Positions 24,521 to 37,318 of a DNA stretch of 64,000 bases are shown in pieces (position 1 is the stretch's first letter; each line of letters opens with the position of its first letter). Source of the stretch: Malacoraja senta (lineage: Eukaryota). Both the position numbers and the translations under genes were made by a program. The DNA lies in NCBI GenBank assembly GCA_038087875.1, contig JAXLNO010006072.1, positions 62,001 through 126,000 of the forward strand. The letters are read 5' to 3'. Below the pieces are notes generated by a model that worked only from the letters and a program-made list of their open reading frames with translations, ran no database searches and was not told where the DNA came from.

Positions 24521-24688
24521 CCTTGAGATGTGATGGTAGATGAACAAGGAATTGTTTCTGTTGCATCTGCTTCGACCTTCTTGTTCCTTGGTATACCAGG
24601 ACTGGAGACGGGCATTTCTCCATTCAATCGATCCTGTAGCACATTTTCTCTGTTGAGGTTGATCTCAGAGTATGGGCAACCTAATGCA
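24521..24688 (-). CDS. L3MBTL3: L3MBTL3 exon H (168 nt): SALGCPYSEINLNRENVLQDRLNGEMPVSSPGIPRNKKVEADATETIPCSSTITSQ
   Basis: tag acceptor; completes the zinc finger (HHSALGCP). The donor GG|GTCTGA is weak but gives the phase needed by the next exon. Confidence 0.85.
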
Positions 24689-25574
24689 CTATAAAAGGAA
24701 TATCATTTCTTACTGATGAATAAATAATGAACAGAATATTTCTTCCCTTGCTATCATCATCTTATAAAGAAAGATGCCAGAATTTAATAATCCCAAAATT
24801 ACTTCCTGCAAGTAACGTGTGTCTCCATACAAGATACAATGGGTTAGAACCATGGTTATTTCACTTTTGAGTCTTGGGGATTAAATTTATTTCTCAGAGT
24901 CATCTGAATTGAATGCTATGGACTGATAAGGTACTACACCTTTAACTTATTATTTATGGGCAGGAGCACAAAGCGAGGAGATGATGCTGGTTAGATGATA
25001 GATGGAAAGAAAAATATAGGCAGATGGATCCTATGCAGCTAGGAAAAGGAGACAGAGGTTGGTAGGTGATAGGTGGAACCAGATGAGGGATGGATGATAG
25101 GTAGGTGAAACCTGGTGGAGGGGATAGGAATCGTGAGCCAAAGGAAATGAAACCGAGGACATAAGGCATGTGGATGATAAGCATGTGGGGTAGGTGATAA
25201 TTCCAGGTTAAAAGAAGTGGAGGGATGGGAAAAGTGCACAAAGGGAGAGAGAACCTGGTGGACTAGTTGGAGTGGGAAACTAACAGGGTGAGGATTTCTT
25301 GCCAAAGAAATGGACATGGAGGCAGAGGAAGAAGAGCTCAACATCATGTTGGGCCTGGAATTCACTGATGTACGAATGCAGGTATATAAAAGAGAGCCCT
25401 CTGACTGCTTAGTGTCAGAGGTCAGTATAGCTGAGAAATAGTGAAGACAAGGACAAGATTGGAGCTGTGGTGCAGTTGTATCCATAACAAGGAAATAAAT
25501 TGAATATACAAAGGCGAGGATGGATTCCTTCCCAAAGAAATAGATCCGGGTTGACATATTGACATGTCCCCAAG

Positions 25575-26125
25575 GAAGTTTGGCATGTCCCCAACAACTC
25601 TCATCAACTTCACAGATGCTACATTTAAAGCATTTTATCGGGTTGCATCAACGCATAGTTTGGGAACAGCTCCATCAAGACTGCAAGACATTGCAGAGTG
25701 CTGTGGATGTAGCCCAAATCATCATACAAACCACCCTCCCTTCCATTGACTTCATCTACACTGTCTAGGCAAGGCCACCGGTATAACCAAAGATGAGGCT
25801 CACTCTGGACACTCTCGCTCTTCTCCCCTCTCCCATCAGGCAAGAGTTTCAGAAGTCTAAAAATGCATACCTCCAGATTCAGGGACAGTTTCTTCCCAGC
25901 CTTATTAGACAACTGAATCTATCCTATCACCAATTAGAGAGCGATCCTGACCTACCATCTACCACATTGGAGACCCTCGTCTATCTTTAATCGGACTTCA
26001 CCTTTGCATTATTCTCTTTATCCTGTACAAATGCACTGTGGACGGCTTGACTGTAGTCATGTAGTTTTTCCACTGACTGGATAGCTTTTCACTGTATCTT
26101 GGTACACGTGACAATAAAACTAAAT
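25575..26125 (+). mobile_element. Old Rex1/Babar 3' fragment
   Basis: RKFGMSP…LPS.D…ttcccagc..tt…acaataaaactaaa tail. Confidence 0.7.
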
Positions 26126-27004
26126 CAATCCTTTTTGCCTCCACAGATGCAGTTTGATTCACTAAGTTCTCCCAAGAGTTTTTTCCCCCACAAACATATT
26201 GACAAGGGTCAGAATTTAATCAATAATAATAATGAAATATCATGTCCTGAATCATGTCCCGCAGTTGGTTCTGCTGAACACAATTTAATGTTAGCAATTA
26301 ATGCCTCCAAAATACATTGCATTCCTTGCTTTGTCTTGATTTTGAAGATCAATATTATAGAAAATCCATAACAAGGAAATAAATTGAATATACAAAAAAG
26401 CATTTGCACATTGTACTTGTGCTTCAATAGACCTCCCCCACCCACCCTCAACATAACTTAGATTTTTCCTAAAGAACAAAGGAAACTTAATTGCCTCAAA
26501 ATGTACATCCAAATTAGCAAGCAATATGATTCCCTTTAAACTTCTCAAGAGCAATTACATATAAATGATAAATTCTCTTTTCGTTGGCTGCCCGCCACAC
26601 ATCCCAAAATAGCCTGTTATAAAAAAAGGCTGCTGGCTCAGATTTTCTTGGAACTGGCAACAGGATTTCAATTAACCACTGGATGGTGCTCCAACAACTT
26701 CTTTGGTTGTGGCTTGCTACTTGAAAGAATGCTGGCTGAAATGATTGTTCATTCACTGCACCTGCACGCAGTCTGCATTGAAATCAGTATGGATGTAGGT
26801 GACAGGGTGAGGATTAATGACAGAGAGGCCTGAAAACACAATCAAGGATTGATTAAGTGAGTCACGAGGCTGTGACTGATAGTGGAAAGATGGGGTCTCA
26901 TGCCAAGCAGTCAGTGGTTAGGGATGAGAAGTCAAGTGACTGGTGCTTGCAAGATTGGTGGATGGATGTTCAAGTGTGAACGGTGAGCCAGAGGTGTATA
27001 GGTT

Positions 27005-28037
27005 TCAAGAAGCGAAGCATTACACATACTCCAGTTTGCATTAACGGTAACATAGTCGAAACGGTTGAAAACTTCTAATTCCTAGGAGTCAATATTACCA
27101 ACAACATCTCCTGGACCAGCCATTTTGAAGCAATGACCATGAAAGTACACCAACTCCTCCATTTCCTTAGAAGGTTTAAGGGCCTGTCCCACTATACGAG
27201 TTTACCCAAGAGCTCTCCCGAGTAAAAAAAAAATAATCAAACTCGTGGTAAGTACGTAGAATATACGTAGCGGGTACGTCGGAGCTCGGGACGTCTCTTA
27301 GCGGCTCGTAACGCTAACGGCAGGTACTCGGGAAACGCGGTAAGCTCGTGAAGTTTTTTCAACGTGGTGAAAAATGTCCACGAGAGCCCCGAGTACCTAA
27401 GAGCGGCTATTACCGTAATTCTCCGAGTTCGAATCAGGGGAAACTCGGGAGAACTCTTGAATTACCTCGTACAGTGGGACAGGCCCTTTATGGAAATTCA
27501 GGTTGTCCCCGACAACTCTCACCAACTTCTACAAATGCACCATAGAAAGAATTTTAGCAGGATGCGTCACAGCTTGGTTGGGGATCAGCTCCATCCAAGA
27601 CCGTAAGAAATTGCAGCAGATTATGGATGCAGCCCAGACCATCTCACAAACTAATCTCCTTTTATTGACTCCATTTATACCTCACGCTGCCTCAACAGGG
27701 CCGGCAGCATAATCAAGGACAAGTTGCACCCTAGCCACTCCATCTTCTCCTCTCTCATCAGGCAAAAGGTATGGGTGTGAAAGCAAACACCTCCAGATTT
27801 ATGTAGTTTCTTCCCAGCTGTTATCAGACAACTGAATCATCTTAGCACAACCAGAGAGCAGTGCTGAATTACTATCTGCCTCTTTGGTGACCCTCGGACT
27901 ATCCTTTGCTGGCTTTACCTTCCACGAAACATTATTCCCTTATCATGTATCTATACACTGTAAATGGCTCAATTGTAATAATGTATTGTATTTCTGCTGA
28001 CTGATTAGCACGCAGCAAAAGCTTTTCACTGTACCTT
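27005..28037 (+). mobile_element. Rex1/Babar 3' fragment interrupted by a MITE
   Basis: FLRR|KF, LTNFYKCTIERILAGCVTAW, DRKKLQ. Confidence 0.75.
27179..27487. mobile_element. Non-autonomous PIF/Harbinger MITE (family 2)
   Basis: TIR AGGGCCTGTCCCACT(a/g)TACGAG; TTA TSD at 27176-27178 and 27488-27490. Confidence 0.88.
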
Positions 28038-29149
28038 TCTGGGGGAGGTGGAAGACCAATGAGTACCAGGAAATATAAACTTAGGATATCCTGCCGAAGT
28101 GGGGCTTGCGGTGCCCGGCTAGCAAAGTGTTCAAGAATCAGGGGTAGATTGCTCAAGGCAGCTCTTTTGAGAGAAAAACAAATCACACAGCTGCTGTGCA
28201 AACAACGCTAGGAAAACCTGGTTTTGGTTGAGTGACTGGCAGCAAACACACTCTGGATCAATGTGACTAATTTCTCCTGACAATACTCAGTGAATATTGC
28301 AAGAATTATGTCATCCAGTCCACAGCTCATCCACTTAAATGTGATTTAAAGCAGGAAATGCTTGGTTGGATTTGCACAGAGGCAATTCCACCTGAAAAAG
28401 CACATAGCTGTGCAATGCTCTGGAGGTGGCAAAGGGAGTGGAGATGTGGGATGGGGAACATGAATAAATGTGTAAATAAATATAGATAGTGTCTTTTCAT
28501 ATGCATAAGACTAAGAAAAACATTATCATGTGACCAAATATCTTGACATAATATTATGCTCCAGGACAAGTGGGTGAACCTGTAACAAGATCACACGCAT
28601 TTACAGCGTAACTATATTTAAGCTTTCCCAATAGAGGACATTTACAGTGAGAGAAATGACAGGCTCTGGGAGGATTTACAGAAAAAAGACCACCATGTAC
28701 TTTAGGGAATCAATTTAGGTTTTAAGGAATGTAAAACATAAATGCTCTCCACAAAAATTAGAGTACATTATTCCTGGACTTAAAAACATGATTTAAGAGT
28801 CCTGCAGTCGATATAAATATCGACATTAATTGGCTAGTATTATCTGTAACTAGTTTTAGAGATTATTTAACTGCCTAAAGAAGCACCTTTGGCACTGCCT
28901 GCAGAATCAACATAATCTGGTGATGTAGTTTAGATGTAAACTTCTAATATTCATGTATAAACAAGGCCATTGACCAAGCAGAATACAAGAATGTCAACTC
29001 TAATACAATAGCACCATCTGTGGCATAGTTCACCTGTACTATTTAGATCTACTTCAGTTTTTGTAGTGCAAGCCCATCCACAAATGTAGGATTTCTGCAG
29101 CGCCCTGTGAAATTACAGCTTTTCCAGTTGGACACCATTATAGTTGAAG

Positions 29150-30510
29150 TCATAGAGCTACACAGCACAACTAACAAGCCCTTCCCTCAAACTCGTATGT
29201 GCTGACCAAATTGCCCAACCCAATTAGTCCCACTTCTCCCAAACCTTTCCTATCCATGTACCAGTCTTTTAAATGTTGTAATTTCTACCCGTCTCTACGA
29301 CCCTCTAGCTGCGTGTTCCATAGGCACATCAGTCTTAGTAAGGAAACAGTTGTCCCAGCTCCCTTTTAAATCTTTTTCCACTCACCTTAAACCTGTGCTC
29401 TCTAATTTTAGACTCCCCTACCCTGGGGAAAAGGAAGTGGTTATTTACTTTATCTCTGCCCACATGTTTTTATATATCTCCACAGATTCACCCCTCAGCC
29501 TGCTAAGCTCCAGGCTGAGGGGTGATTCCTACCTTACCCAGCATTTCTGTATAACACAAACTCTCCAGATCAAGTAACATCCTCATAAATCTTTTTGCAT
29601 CCTTACAGTTAAATGGTATCCTTCCAAAAGCAGAGCAACCTGCACTTTGCCCAGTCCCCCAATGACATCCAAACTTCTGAACTCAATACCTTGATCGATG
29701 AAAGCAAATACCAAATGCCTTCTTCACCACCTTATCTATCGGTGTCACCACTTCCATGGAATTATGTACCTAAGTTCCTCTGTTCTACAACACTCCCAGA
29801 GCCCTACAATTACTGTGCAAGGCCTGCCCTGGTTTCTTACCAAAATAAGCACCTCACACTTATCCGAATTAAACTTAATCTGCTATTTCCTGGCGCATTG
29901 GTCAGTTATCAAGATCCCGTTACAATCTTACATAACATTCTTCACTATACAATGTACTACCAACTTTAGTATCGCCTGCAAATTTACTAATCATGCAATG
30001 CATTCACATCTAAATTATCAAGCAAAATAATGAACACCAGTGGACCCAACACCAATCCCCATGGTACACTGCTTGTTACAAGCCACCATTTAAAATAAAA
30101 CAACCCCATATCACCATCATCAGTATCCTACCTTCAAGCCAATTTTGTATCCAATTGGCTAGCTTGACTGGATCCCATGTGATCCAATTTTCTGGACCAA
30201 CCTACCATGAAAAGGCCTTGGTGAAGTCCATGTAGATGTCCACAGCACTGTTTTGATCTGATCAATCTCCTCGATCATCTCTTCAAAAAACAACTTTGAG
30301 AGACACAATCACCCTACCATAAAATCAGGCCGACTATCCTTAATCAGTTCTTGCCTCTCCAAACACGTTCAAATCCTTTCTCTCACAATCCTCTCCAATA
30401 ACCTACTCGCTGACTGGTCTGTAGCTCCCAGGCATTACCTTGCAGCTTTTCCTAAACAAAGGCACCACATTAGCCATTCTCCAGTCTGCTGGTACTTTAC
30501 CTGTGGCTAT
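29150..30510 (-). mobile_element. Old CR1 fragment
   Basis: Degenerate RT-to-3'-UTR collinear motifs. Confidence 0.65.
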
Positions 30511-30807
30511 CGGGGGCCCTTCCCAAGCGTTCCACGCCCTAGTGTTCACAGCTCACCCACCCAAAGAGGATATCAGTGGAATTGTCATTTCCAATTCGTT
30601 TGTAATAGATATTAAGATGAGGAGATGTTAATATACAGATAGTTATCTGAATAACTGGAAGGCAAACTGACTGCTGACAGCCAATTAGATTTTTTTCTCC
30701 CAAGTAATTTAATTCCTCTTGCTCTAATGATGATCCTTTATTATTATGCAATCATATTATGAAAAAAGTTAGTCCAGTTATTGCTGATGAGGTTTGAACC
30801 TCATTTA

Positions 30808-33112
30808 TAACCATATAACCATTACAGCACGGAAACAGGCTATCTCGGCCCTTCAAGTCCGTGCCGAACATTATTTTTTTTTCTCCCTTCTTTCTTCTTT
30901 CTTCCCCCTAGTCCCATCTACCTGCACTCAGACCATAACCCTCCATTCCTTTCCCGTCCATATACCCATCCAATCTATTTTTAAAGGATAAAATCGAACC
31001 TGCCTCCACCACTTCCACTGGAAGCTCATTCCTCACAGCTACCACTCTCTGAGTAAAGAAGTTCCCCCTAATGTTCCCCCTAAACTTCTGTCCCTTAATT
31101 CTCAAGTCATGTCCCCTTGTTTGAATCTTCCCTACTCTCAATGGGAAAAGCTTATCCACGTCAACTCTGTCTAACCCGCTCATCATTTTAAAGACCTCTA
31201 TCAAGTCCCCCCTTAACCTTCTGCGCTCCAAACAATAAAGACCTAACTTGTTCAACCTTTCTCTGTAACTTAGTTGCTGAAACCCAGGCAACATTCTAGT
31301 AAATCTCCTCTCTACTCTCTCTATTTTGTTGACATCCTTCCTATAATTAGGCGACCAAAATTGTACTCCATACTCCAGAATTGGCCTCACCAATGCCTTG
31401 TACAATTTTAACATTACATCCCAACTTCTATATTCAATGCTCTGATTTATAAAGGCCAGCACCCAAAAGCTTTCTTTACCACCCTATCTACATGAGATTC
31501 CACCTTCAGGGAACTATGCACAGTTATTCCTAGATCCCTCTGTTCAACTGCATTCCACAATTCTCTACCATTTACCATGTATGTCCTATTTTGATTTGTC
31601 CTGCCAAGATGTGGCACCTCACATTTATCAGCATTAAACTCCATCTGTCATCTTTCAGCCCACTCTTCCAAATGGCCTAAATCTCTCTGTAGACTTTGAA
31701 AATCTACTTCGTTATCCACAACACCACCTATCTTAGTATCATCTGCATACTTACTAATCCAATTTCCCACACCATCATCCAGATCATTGATGTACATGAC
31801 AAACAACAGTGGACCCAACACAGACCCGAGGCACCCCACTAGTCACCGGCCTCCAACCTGACAAACAGCCATCCACCATTACTCTCTGGCATCTCCCATT
31901 CAGCCACTGGTGAATCCATCCTGCTACTCCACCATTAATACCCAACAATTTAATCTTCTTAACCAACCTTCCATGAGGAACCTTATCAAAGGCCTCACTG
32001 AAGTCCATATAGACAACATCCACTGCTTTACCCTCATCAATTTCCCTAGTAACCTCTTCGAAAAATTCAAGAAGATTAGTCAAACATGACCTTCCAGGCA
32101 CAAATCCATGTTGACTGTTCCTAATCAGACCCTGCTTATCCAGATGCTTATATATATTATCTCTAAGTATCCTTTCCATTAATTTGCCCACCACTGACGT
32201 CAAACTAACAGATCTATAATTGCTAAGTTTACTCTTAGAACCCTTTTTAAACAACGGAAAACAACATGCGCAGTACGGCAATCCTCCGGCACTATTCCCG
32301 TTTCTAATGACATTTGAAATATTTCTGTCATAGCCCCTGCTATTTCTAAACTAACTTCCCTCAATGTCCGAGGGAATATCCTGTCAGGACCTGAAGACTT
32401 ATCCGTTTTCATATTTTTCAAAAGTGTCCACACCTCCTCTTCTTTGAATCTCATAGTTTCCATTGCTACTCTGCTTGTTTCCCTTACCTCACATAATTCA
32501 ATATCCTTCCTTGGTGAATACCCGAAGAAAATAAATTGTTCAATATCTCCCCCATCTCTTTTGGCTCTGCAGATAGCTGTCCACTCTGACTCTCTAATGG
32601 ACCAATTTTATTCCTTGTTATCCTTTTGCTATTAATATAGCTGTAGAAACCCTTTGGATTTGCTTTCACCTTACTTGCCAAAGCAACCTCATATCTTCTT
32701 TTAGCTTTTCTAATTTCTTTCTTAATATTCTTTTTACATTCTTTATACTCCTCAAGCACCTCATTTACTCCATGCTGCCTATAATTATTGTAGATCTCTC
32801 TCTTTTTCCGAACAGTGTCCAATTTCCCTTGAAAACCATGGCTCTTTCCAATTTTTACTATTTCCTTTCAACCGAACAGGGACATAAAGATTCTGTACTC
32901 TTAAAATTTCACCTTTAAATGTCCTCCATTTCTCTTCTACATCCTTCCCATAAAACAACATGTCCCAATTCACTCCTTTCAATTCCTTTCGCATCTCCTC
33001 AAAGTTAGCCTTTCTCCAATCAAAAATCTCAACCCTAGGTCCAGTTCTGACCCTCTCCATAATTATATTGAAACTAATGGTATTGTGATCACTGGACCCG
33101 AAGTGCTCCCCG
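30808..33112 (-). mobile_element. CR1 LINE, 5'-truncated (end of APE to 3' tail)
   Basis: SQHGFVPGRSCLTNL, YMDFSEAFDKV, KYADDT, LVRPILEYGVQFWSP; tail gtgctgtaatggttatatggtt. Confidence 0.92.
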
Positions 33113-33439
33113 ACGTATATTTATGAGTAAAGGTGGTTTGATAAATGTTTAATTTTGCCTATCTACCAGTAACATTCTGATGTTTCGGGCATTCAATGCT
33201 ACTGCATTGCTGCTATCACTATTTGAAGCAACAGTCTGAAGACATCAGAGTACTTGGTTAGATTGCTTCAAGATCAACTACAGGCTGCTCAAAGTATGCC
33301 ACAATGAATACTGCCAACATATTGTTGCAAAGATGCTCATTTACTGGGTGCCTCAGTCATGGTACCATTGATTACCTCCATTACCGAAGACATTATGTCA
33401 TTGACCAACCATGGAGGGAAGACTTTCAGCCATTGTTTC

Positions 33440-33700
33440 ATGCCTGTACATGCTCTAGATCACCTTTACTCTGAACTTCCTTGCTGCTGGATCTTTGAGT
33501 TATTTGCTAACACAGTTCTCTCAGTTTACTGCTCGCTGCTGCACTGGAAGATCCCGAAGATTTGGCATTTGAGTGAGAAATAATTTAATCTCCTTTGATT
33601 GCAATGAGAGAAACGTGACATCACAGGCACTGGAATTTTCCAACATTTCTGGCTTCCTACAGGTGCTAGCAAGTACTGATGGCACTCGTGCTCAATAGGT
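33440..33700 (+). pseudogene. Fossil Harbinger (HARBI1-like) DDE transposase fragment
   Basis: ITFTLNFLAAGS..SQFTARCC and NISGFLQVLASTDGTRV resemble Harbinger motifs LNF.A.GSFQ..ISQ and AGFP.V.GAIDGTH. Confidence 0.55.
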
Positions 33701-33740
33701 TTCTCCTGATCTGGTGTGGTTGAACAGTGCTCTATCCAAA

Positions 33741-33832
33741 AATAGACACAAAATCCTGGAGTAACTCAGCAGGACAGGCAGCATCTCTAGAGAGAAGAAA
33801 TGGGTGATGTTTGGGGTCGAGACCCTTCTTCA
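33741..33832 (-). mobile_element. PLE tail with mutated hammerhead
   Basis: Reverse complement CTGAAGA-AGGGTctcgACCC-cAAACATC; 12-bp TSD gctctat(c/t)caaa at 33729-33740 and 33833-33844. Confidence 0.85.
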
Positions 33833-33885
33833 GCTCTATTCAAATATACAAGATCGGCAAAGATATACCAAATAATTATGGAAGA

Positions 33886-35001
33886 CATCGACAAGACTAA
33901 GGAGTTAATGGTGGACTTTAGGACGAGAGGAACACCCCCTGTCCCCTGTATCCTTCAAAGGTGTGGATGTCACAGTGTACCAGGGAGTACAAATACTTTG
34001 GAGTGTACTCGGACAGTAAACTGGACTGGTTCAGGAATGCTGAGGTCCTGTACAAGAAGGGACAGAGCCGCCTGTACTTTTTGAGGAGGCTCCGTTCCTT
34101 CAACGTCTGCAGTAAGATGCTGCAGATGTTCTACCAATCGGTGGTAGCCAGTGCCATCTTCTTCGCTGCCATGTGCTGGGGAGCAAGGAGAAAGCCGTGG
34201 ACGCCAATAGAATTAACAAACTCATGAGGAAGGCTGGCTCCGTCCTGGGGGTGGCGTTGGATTCATGGGAGGTGGTCTTGGAGGGGAGGATGCTCCTCAA
34301 ACTGCAGAGTATCCTGGACAATACAGCTCACCCCCTCCATGACACACTGGCCAACCTGAGGAGTACATTCAGCAACAGATTGGTTCCACCATGACGCAGG
34401 ACAGAATGCCACAGGAGATTCTTCTTCCCTGTCGCTATCAAAATGTACAACTCCTCCCTCTTCTGTCGTGCAGTAGTCCAACATCACTGAGCTGTGGGTG
34501 CAGAGCTCCCAACTCGGGCGGCGCTGACTTTAACATCGTGGAGTCCTGGGACCCTTTGTCGGGGGTCGCCAGCACGAATCTCCGCCCAGCGCGGCCTGTG
34601 GACATCGGGAGCCTCGGGCTCCGGTGGAGGGTGGCCGATTCAGAGGTCCAGGCCGCTGAGGATGTTCTCCCATTCGACATCGGGGTTCCATCGTTCCCGG
34701 CGAGAGGGCCTGAACATCGGGCCGCCCGTACTACGGGGTGGCGACTACGGGGTGCTCGGGAGGCCCCGACCACGGGTGAACATTGGGGAACATTAGTGAG
34801 GAGGTTGACTGGACTTTGGTTCCTTCCTTCACAGTGGGGAACTGTGGTGTTGCTGTGGAGATGTTTGTGTTGTGGACTACTGTGTTCTGTGTTTTTGTGA
34901 GGGGGTTTTAATTTTATTTTTTGTATGACTGTAAGGGAAAGAGAATTTCGTTGTCTCTTAATTGAAGACAATGACAATAAATTAAATCAAATCAAATCAA
35001 A
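33886..35001 (+). mobile_element. Rex1/Babar 3' part with CpG-rich segment and (atcaa)n tail
   Basis: KTKELMVDF, KKGQSRLYFLRRLRSFNVC, FYQSVVASAIFFA; aatgacaataaa + (atcaa)n. Confidence 0.85.
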
Positions 35002-35102
35002 CAATTAATAAATACCATGAAATGTACTTTTGTTATAAGTTTGAAAAATGTTTTTTAAGTGTATGGAACGATTTACAATAAAGTTGGATTTACACAAATA
35101 AG

Positions 35103-35625
35103 GTCATAAGTGATAGGAGTAGAATTAAGCCATTCGGCCCATCAAGTCTACTCCACCATTCAATCATGGCTGATCTATCTCTTCCTCCTAACCCCATTCT
35201 CCTGCCTTCTCCCCATAACCTCTGGCACCTGTATCAATCAAAAATCTATCCATCTCTGGCTTAAAAATATCCACTGACGGCCTCTACAGCCTACTGTGGC
35301 AAAGAATTCCACAGATTCCCCACCATCTGACTAAAGAAATTTCTCCTCATCTCCTTCCAAAAAGAACGTCCTCTAGTCCTAGACTCTCCCACTAGTGGAG
35401 ATCTCCTCTCCACATCCACTCTATCTAAGCATTTCACTATTCTGTACGTTTCAATGAGATCCCCTCTCATTCTTCTAAACTCCAGCGAGTGCAGGCCCAG
35501 TGCCGACAAACACTCATCATAGGTTAACCTACTCATTCCTGGGATCATTCTTTTAAACCTCTTCTAGATCCTCTCCAGAGCCAGCACTTCCTCAGTTATG
35601 GTTGCCCAAAATTGCTCACAATATT
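35103..35625 (-). mobile_element. CR1 3' fragment
   Basis: SLEFRRMRGDLIETY; CR1 tail. Confidence 0.85.
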
Positions 35626-36331
35626 AGTTCATTCAAAACACAAATTCAATTGCAGGGTTGGCAAAAAGCAATGCTCCACCTCTGCCTGAGATCCAGTTAG
35701 TTATTGTTTAGACCTTGTTGAACAGGTCGATGGGAAAAGGTAGCAAGCTACATCCTCCGAAGCCAACTCAGAAAAGTTCAGAGCGGACTGCCAGTGAAGA
35801 TTCCAGACAGTGGGCTTGCTCTAGCGCAATGCAGTCTGTAGAAAGTGTAAATCAGCCATAAACAACACTCTGGATAAGATACTCAACACGGAAAGAAGAC
35901 GGTTTATAAATATCACAATATAAATTGCATTTATATATAAACTACTAAAAGTGATAACAGCCAATCAAACAGTTTTTGAAATGTAGTTGCAATGTAAAAT
36001 GTGGAGGTTAGTTTAAGCACCATGAGCTCCCAGGAACAGGCACTAAGATGGCATCCAATTAATTTGTTTCAGTGCTGTTGTTTGAGGAATAATAAAGATG
36101 TTAAGGTCCCCAACATTTTTTTTAAAATAGTGCGAAGGGAACTTTTGTTTCCATCCTGATGGGCCTGAGCTTCTGCACCAACCCAAAAGAGAGAATTAAT
36201 CTCTGCAATGCATTGGAATTCCTGGCATTTGTGCTGAAGTCTCTGGATTCCCATAAAACTAATTATAAGACTAAATTCAACTCTGAATATAGTAACACAA
36301 GTGTTCTCTTTTCAAGCACTTATTCTTTTAC

Positions 36332-36434
36332 CTGTGATGGCCAGAATGTTTCACTCCTTTAATGTGGCCAATGCCTTTACAGCCAGGAGTAGGACATCCT
36401 CCTTGTTCTGAAGCTTCCACCAGATCCAATGGGC
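36332..36434 (-). CDS. L3MBTL3: L3MBTL3 exon G (103 nt): SPLDLVEASEQGGCPTPGCKGIGHIKGVKHSGHH
   Basis: tag acceptor, gtaaa donor; C2HC (MYT1-type) zinc finger CPTPGC..GH. Confidence 0.94.
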
Positions 36435-36643
36435 CTATTTGCGGCAAAACACAAACAGTTAAATCTGCAAATCCGCCATAAAAGGTAATTTCACCTCATC
36501 AATTCGATACTGGCTCGAATCCTCACTAATTTTATTAACCTATTCTCCCCATATTCTCATAAATGCCACCTAGATTCTAGTATTTATCTAAACACAGTGG
36601 CCAATTAAGCAATCTTATGTGCAAATATGCACATCTTCAGGAT

Positions 36644-36952
36644 ACAGGTCTACCATCGATTTTCCGGCACCCTTGGTTCCAGAACCTTACTGGATTACCC
36701 ATTTTGCCGGACCAACAGGGGTAATGGCCTTGGGGGGCTGAGTTACAGATCTGCTGGAGTTCCAGAGTCCCGGGCATGAGAACCTATCTGCTGACTCCAG
36801 CCGGGCTGGAGTTCCAGAGCCCCAGCTGCAGGGGCAAATGAGGTTGAGATCGGCCTCAACTGGCCTAGGCGCCACATTTTCATGGGGGGGGGGGGGGGGG
36901 GAGGATTTTGTCCGGGCAACAGGAAGGGCCGGACCACCAGTTGCCTTAAAAT
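36644..36952. mobile_element. Possible degenerate Tc1/mariner-type MITE
   Basis: TA-CAGGTCTACCATCGATTTTCCGGCA start; partial inverted match near gccggaccaccagttgcc. Confidence 0.35.
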
Positions 36953-37318
36953 GTCAAGAATCATTTTTAATCATTCACAAACCTCTTCATATAAAACGTT
37001 TAAAACAAATATTTCCCAGATAATAATATATTACATATATTCTTATTCTAGGTTTCATGCCTTCCCTATACATACCCAACATGAGAGGTTAAATTAAAGG
37101 TAGGATTGAACAATCACCAAAATTGTTTTTGTACTTTTCTAACAGATGATGTTAAAATAAAGTTCTGGAGGGTACAGAGGAATTGTGCAAATGGCAGCTG
37201 TATTGATTAATAAACATTTGCTGTGAATGAAAATCATTACTTGATTATTTTTCTAAGCACCCACAAATAAGATGAATATGAATCTCACGTGGTGGAAGAT
37301 TTAATAGATGGAACTTAC

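Noticed and set aside
25039-25557. 172-aa minus-strand ORF
   Set aside because: Low-complexity pyrimidine-rich translation, probably an old repeat; no motifs.
34391-34977. 169- and 179-aa ORFs on both strands
   Set aside because: GC-rich repeat segment with no recognisable domain or splice context.
36883-36901. Long G/C homopolymers (also near 1697-1709)
   Set aside because: Simple runs whose length is assembly-sensitive; no evidence of function.
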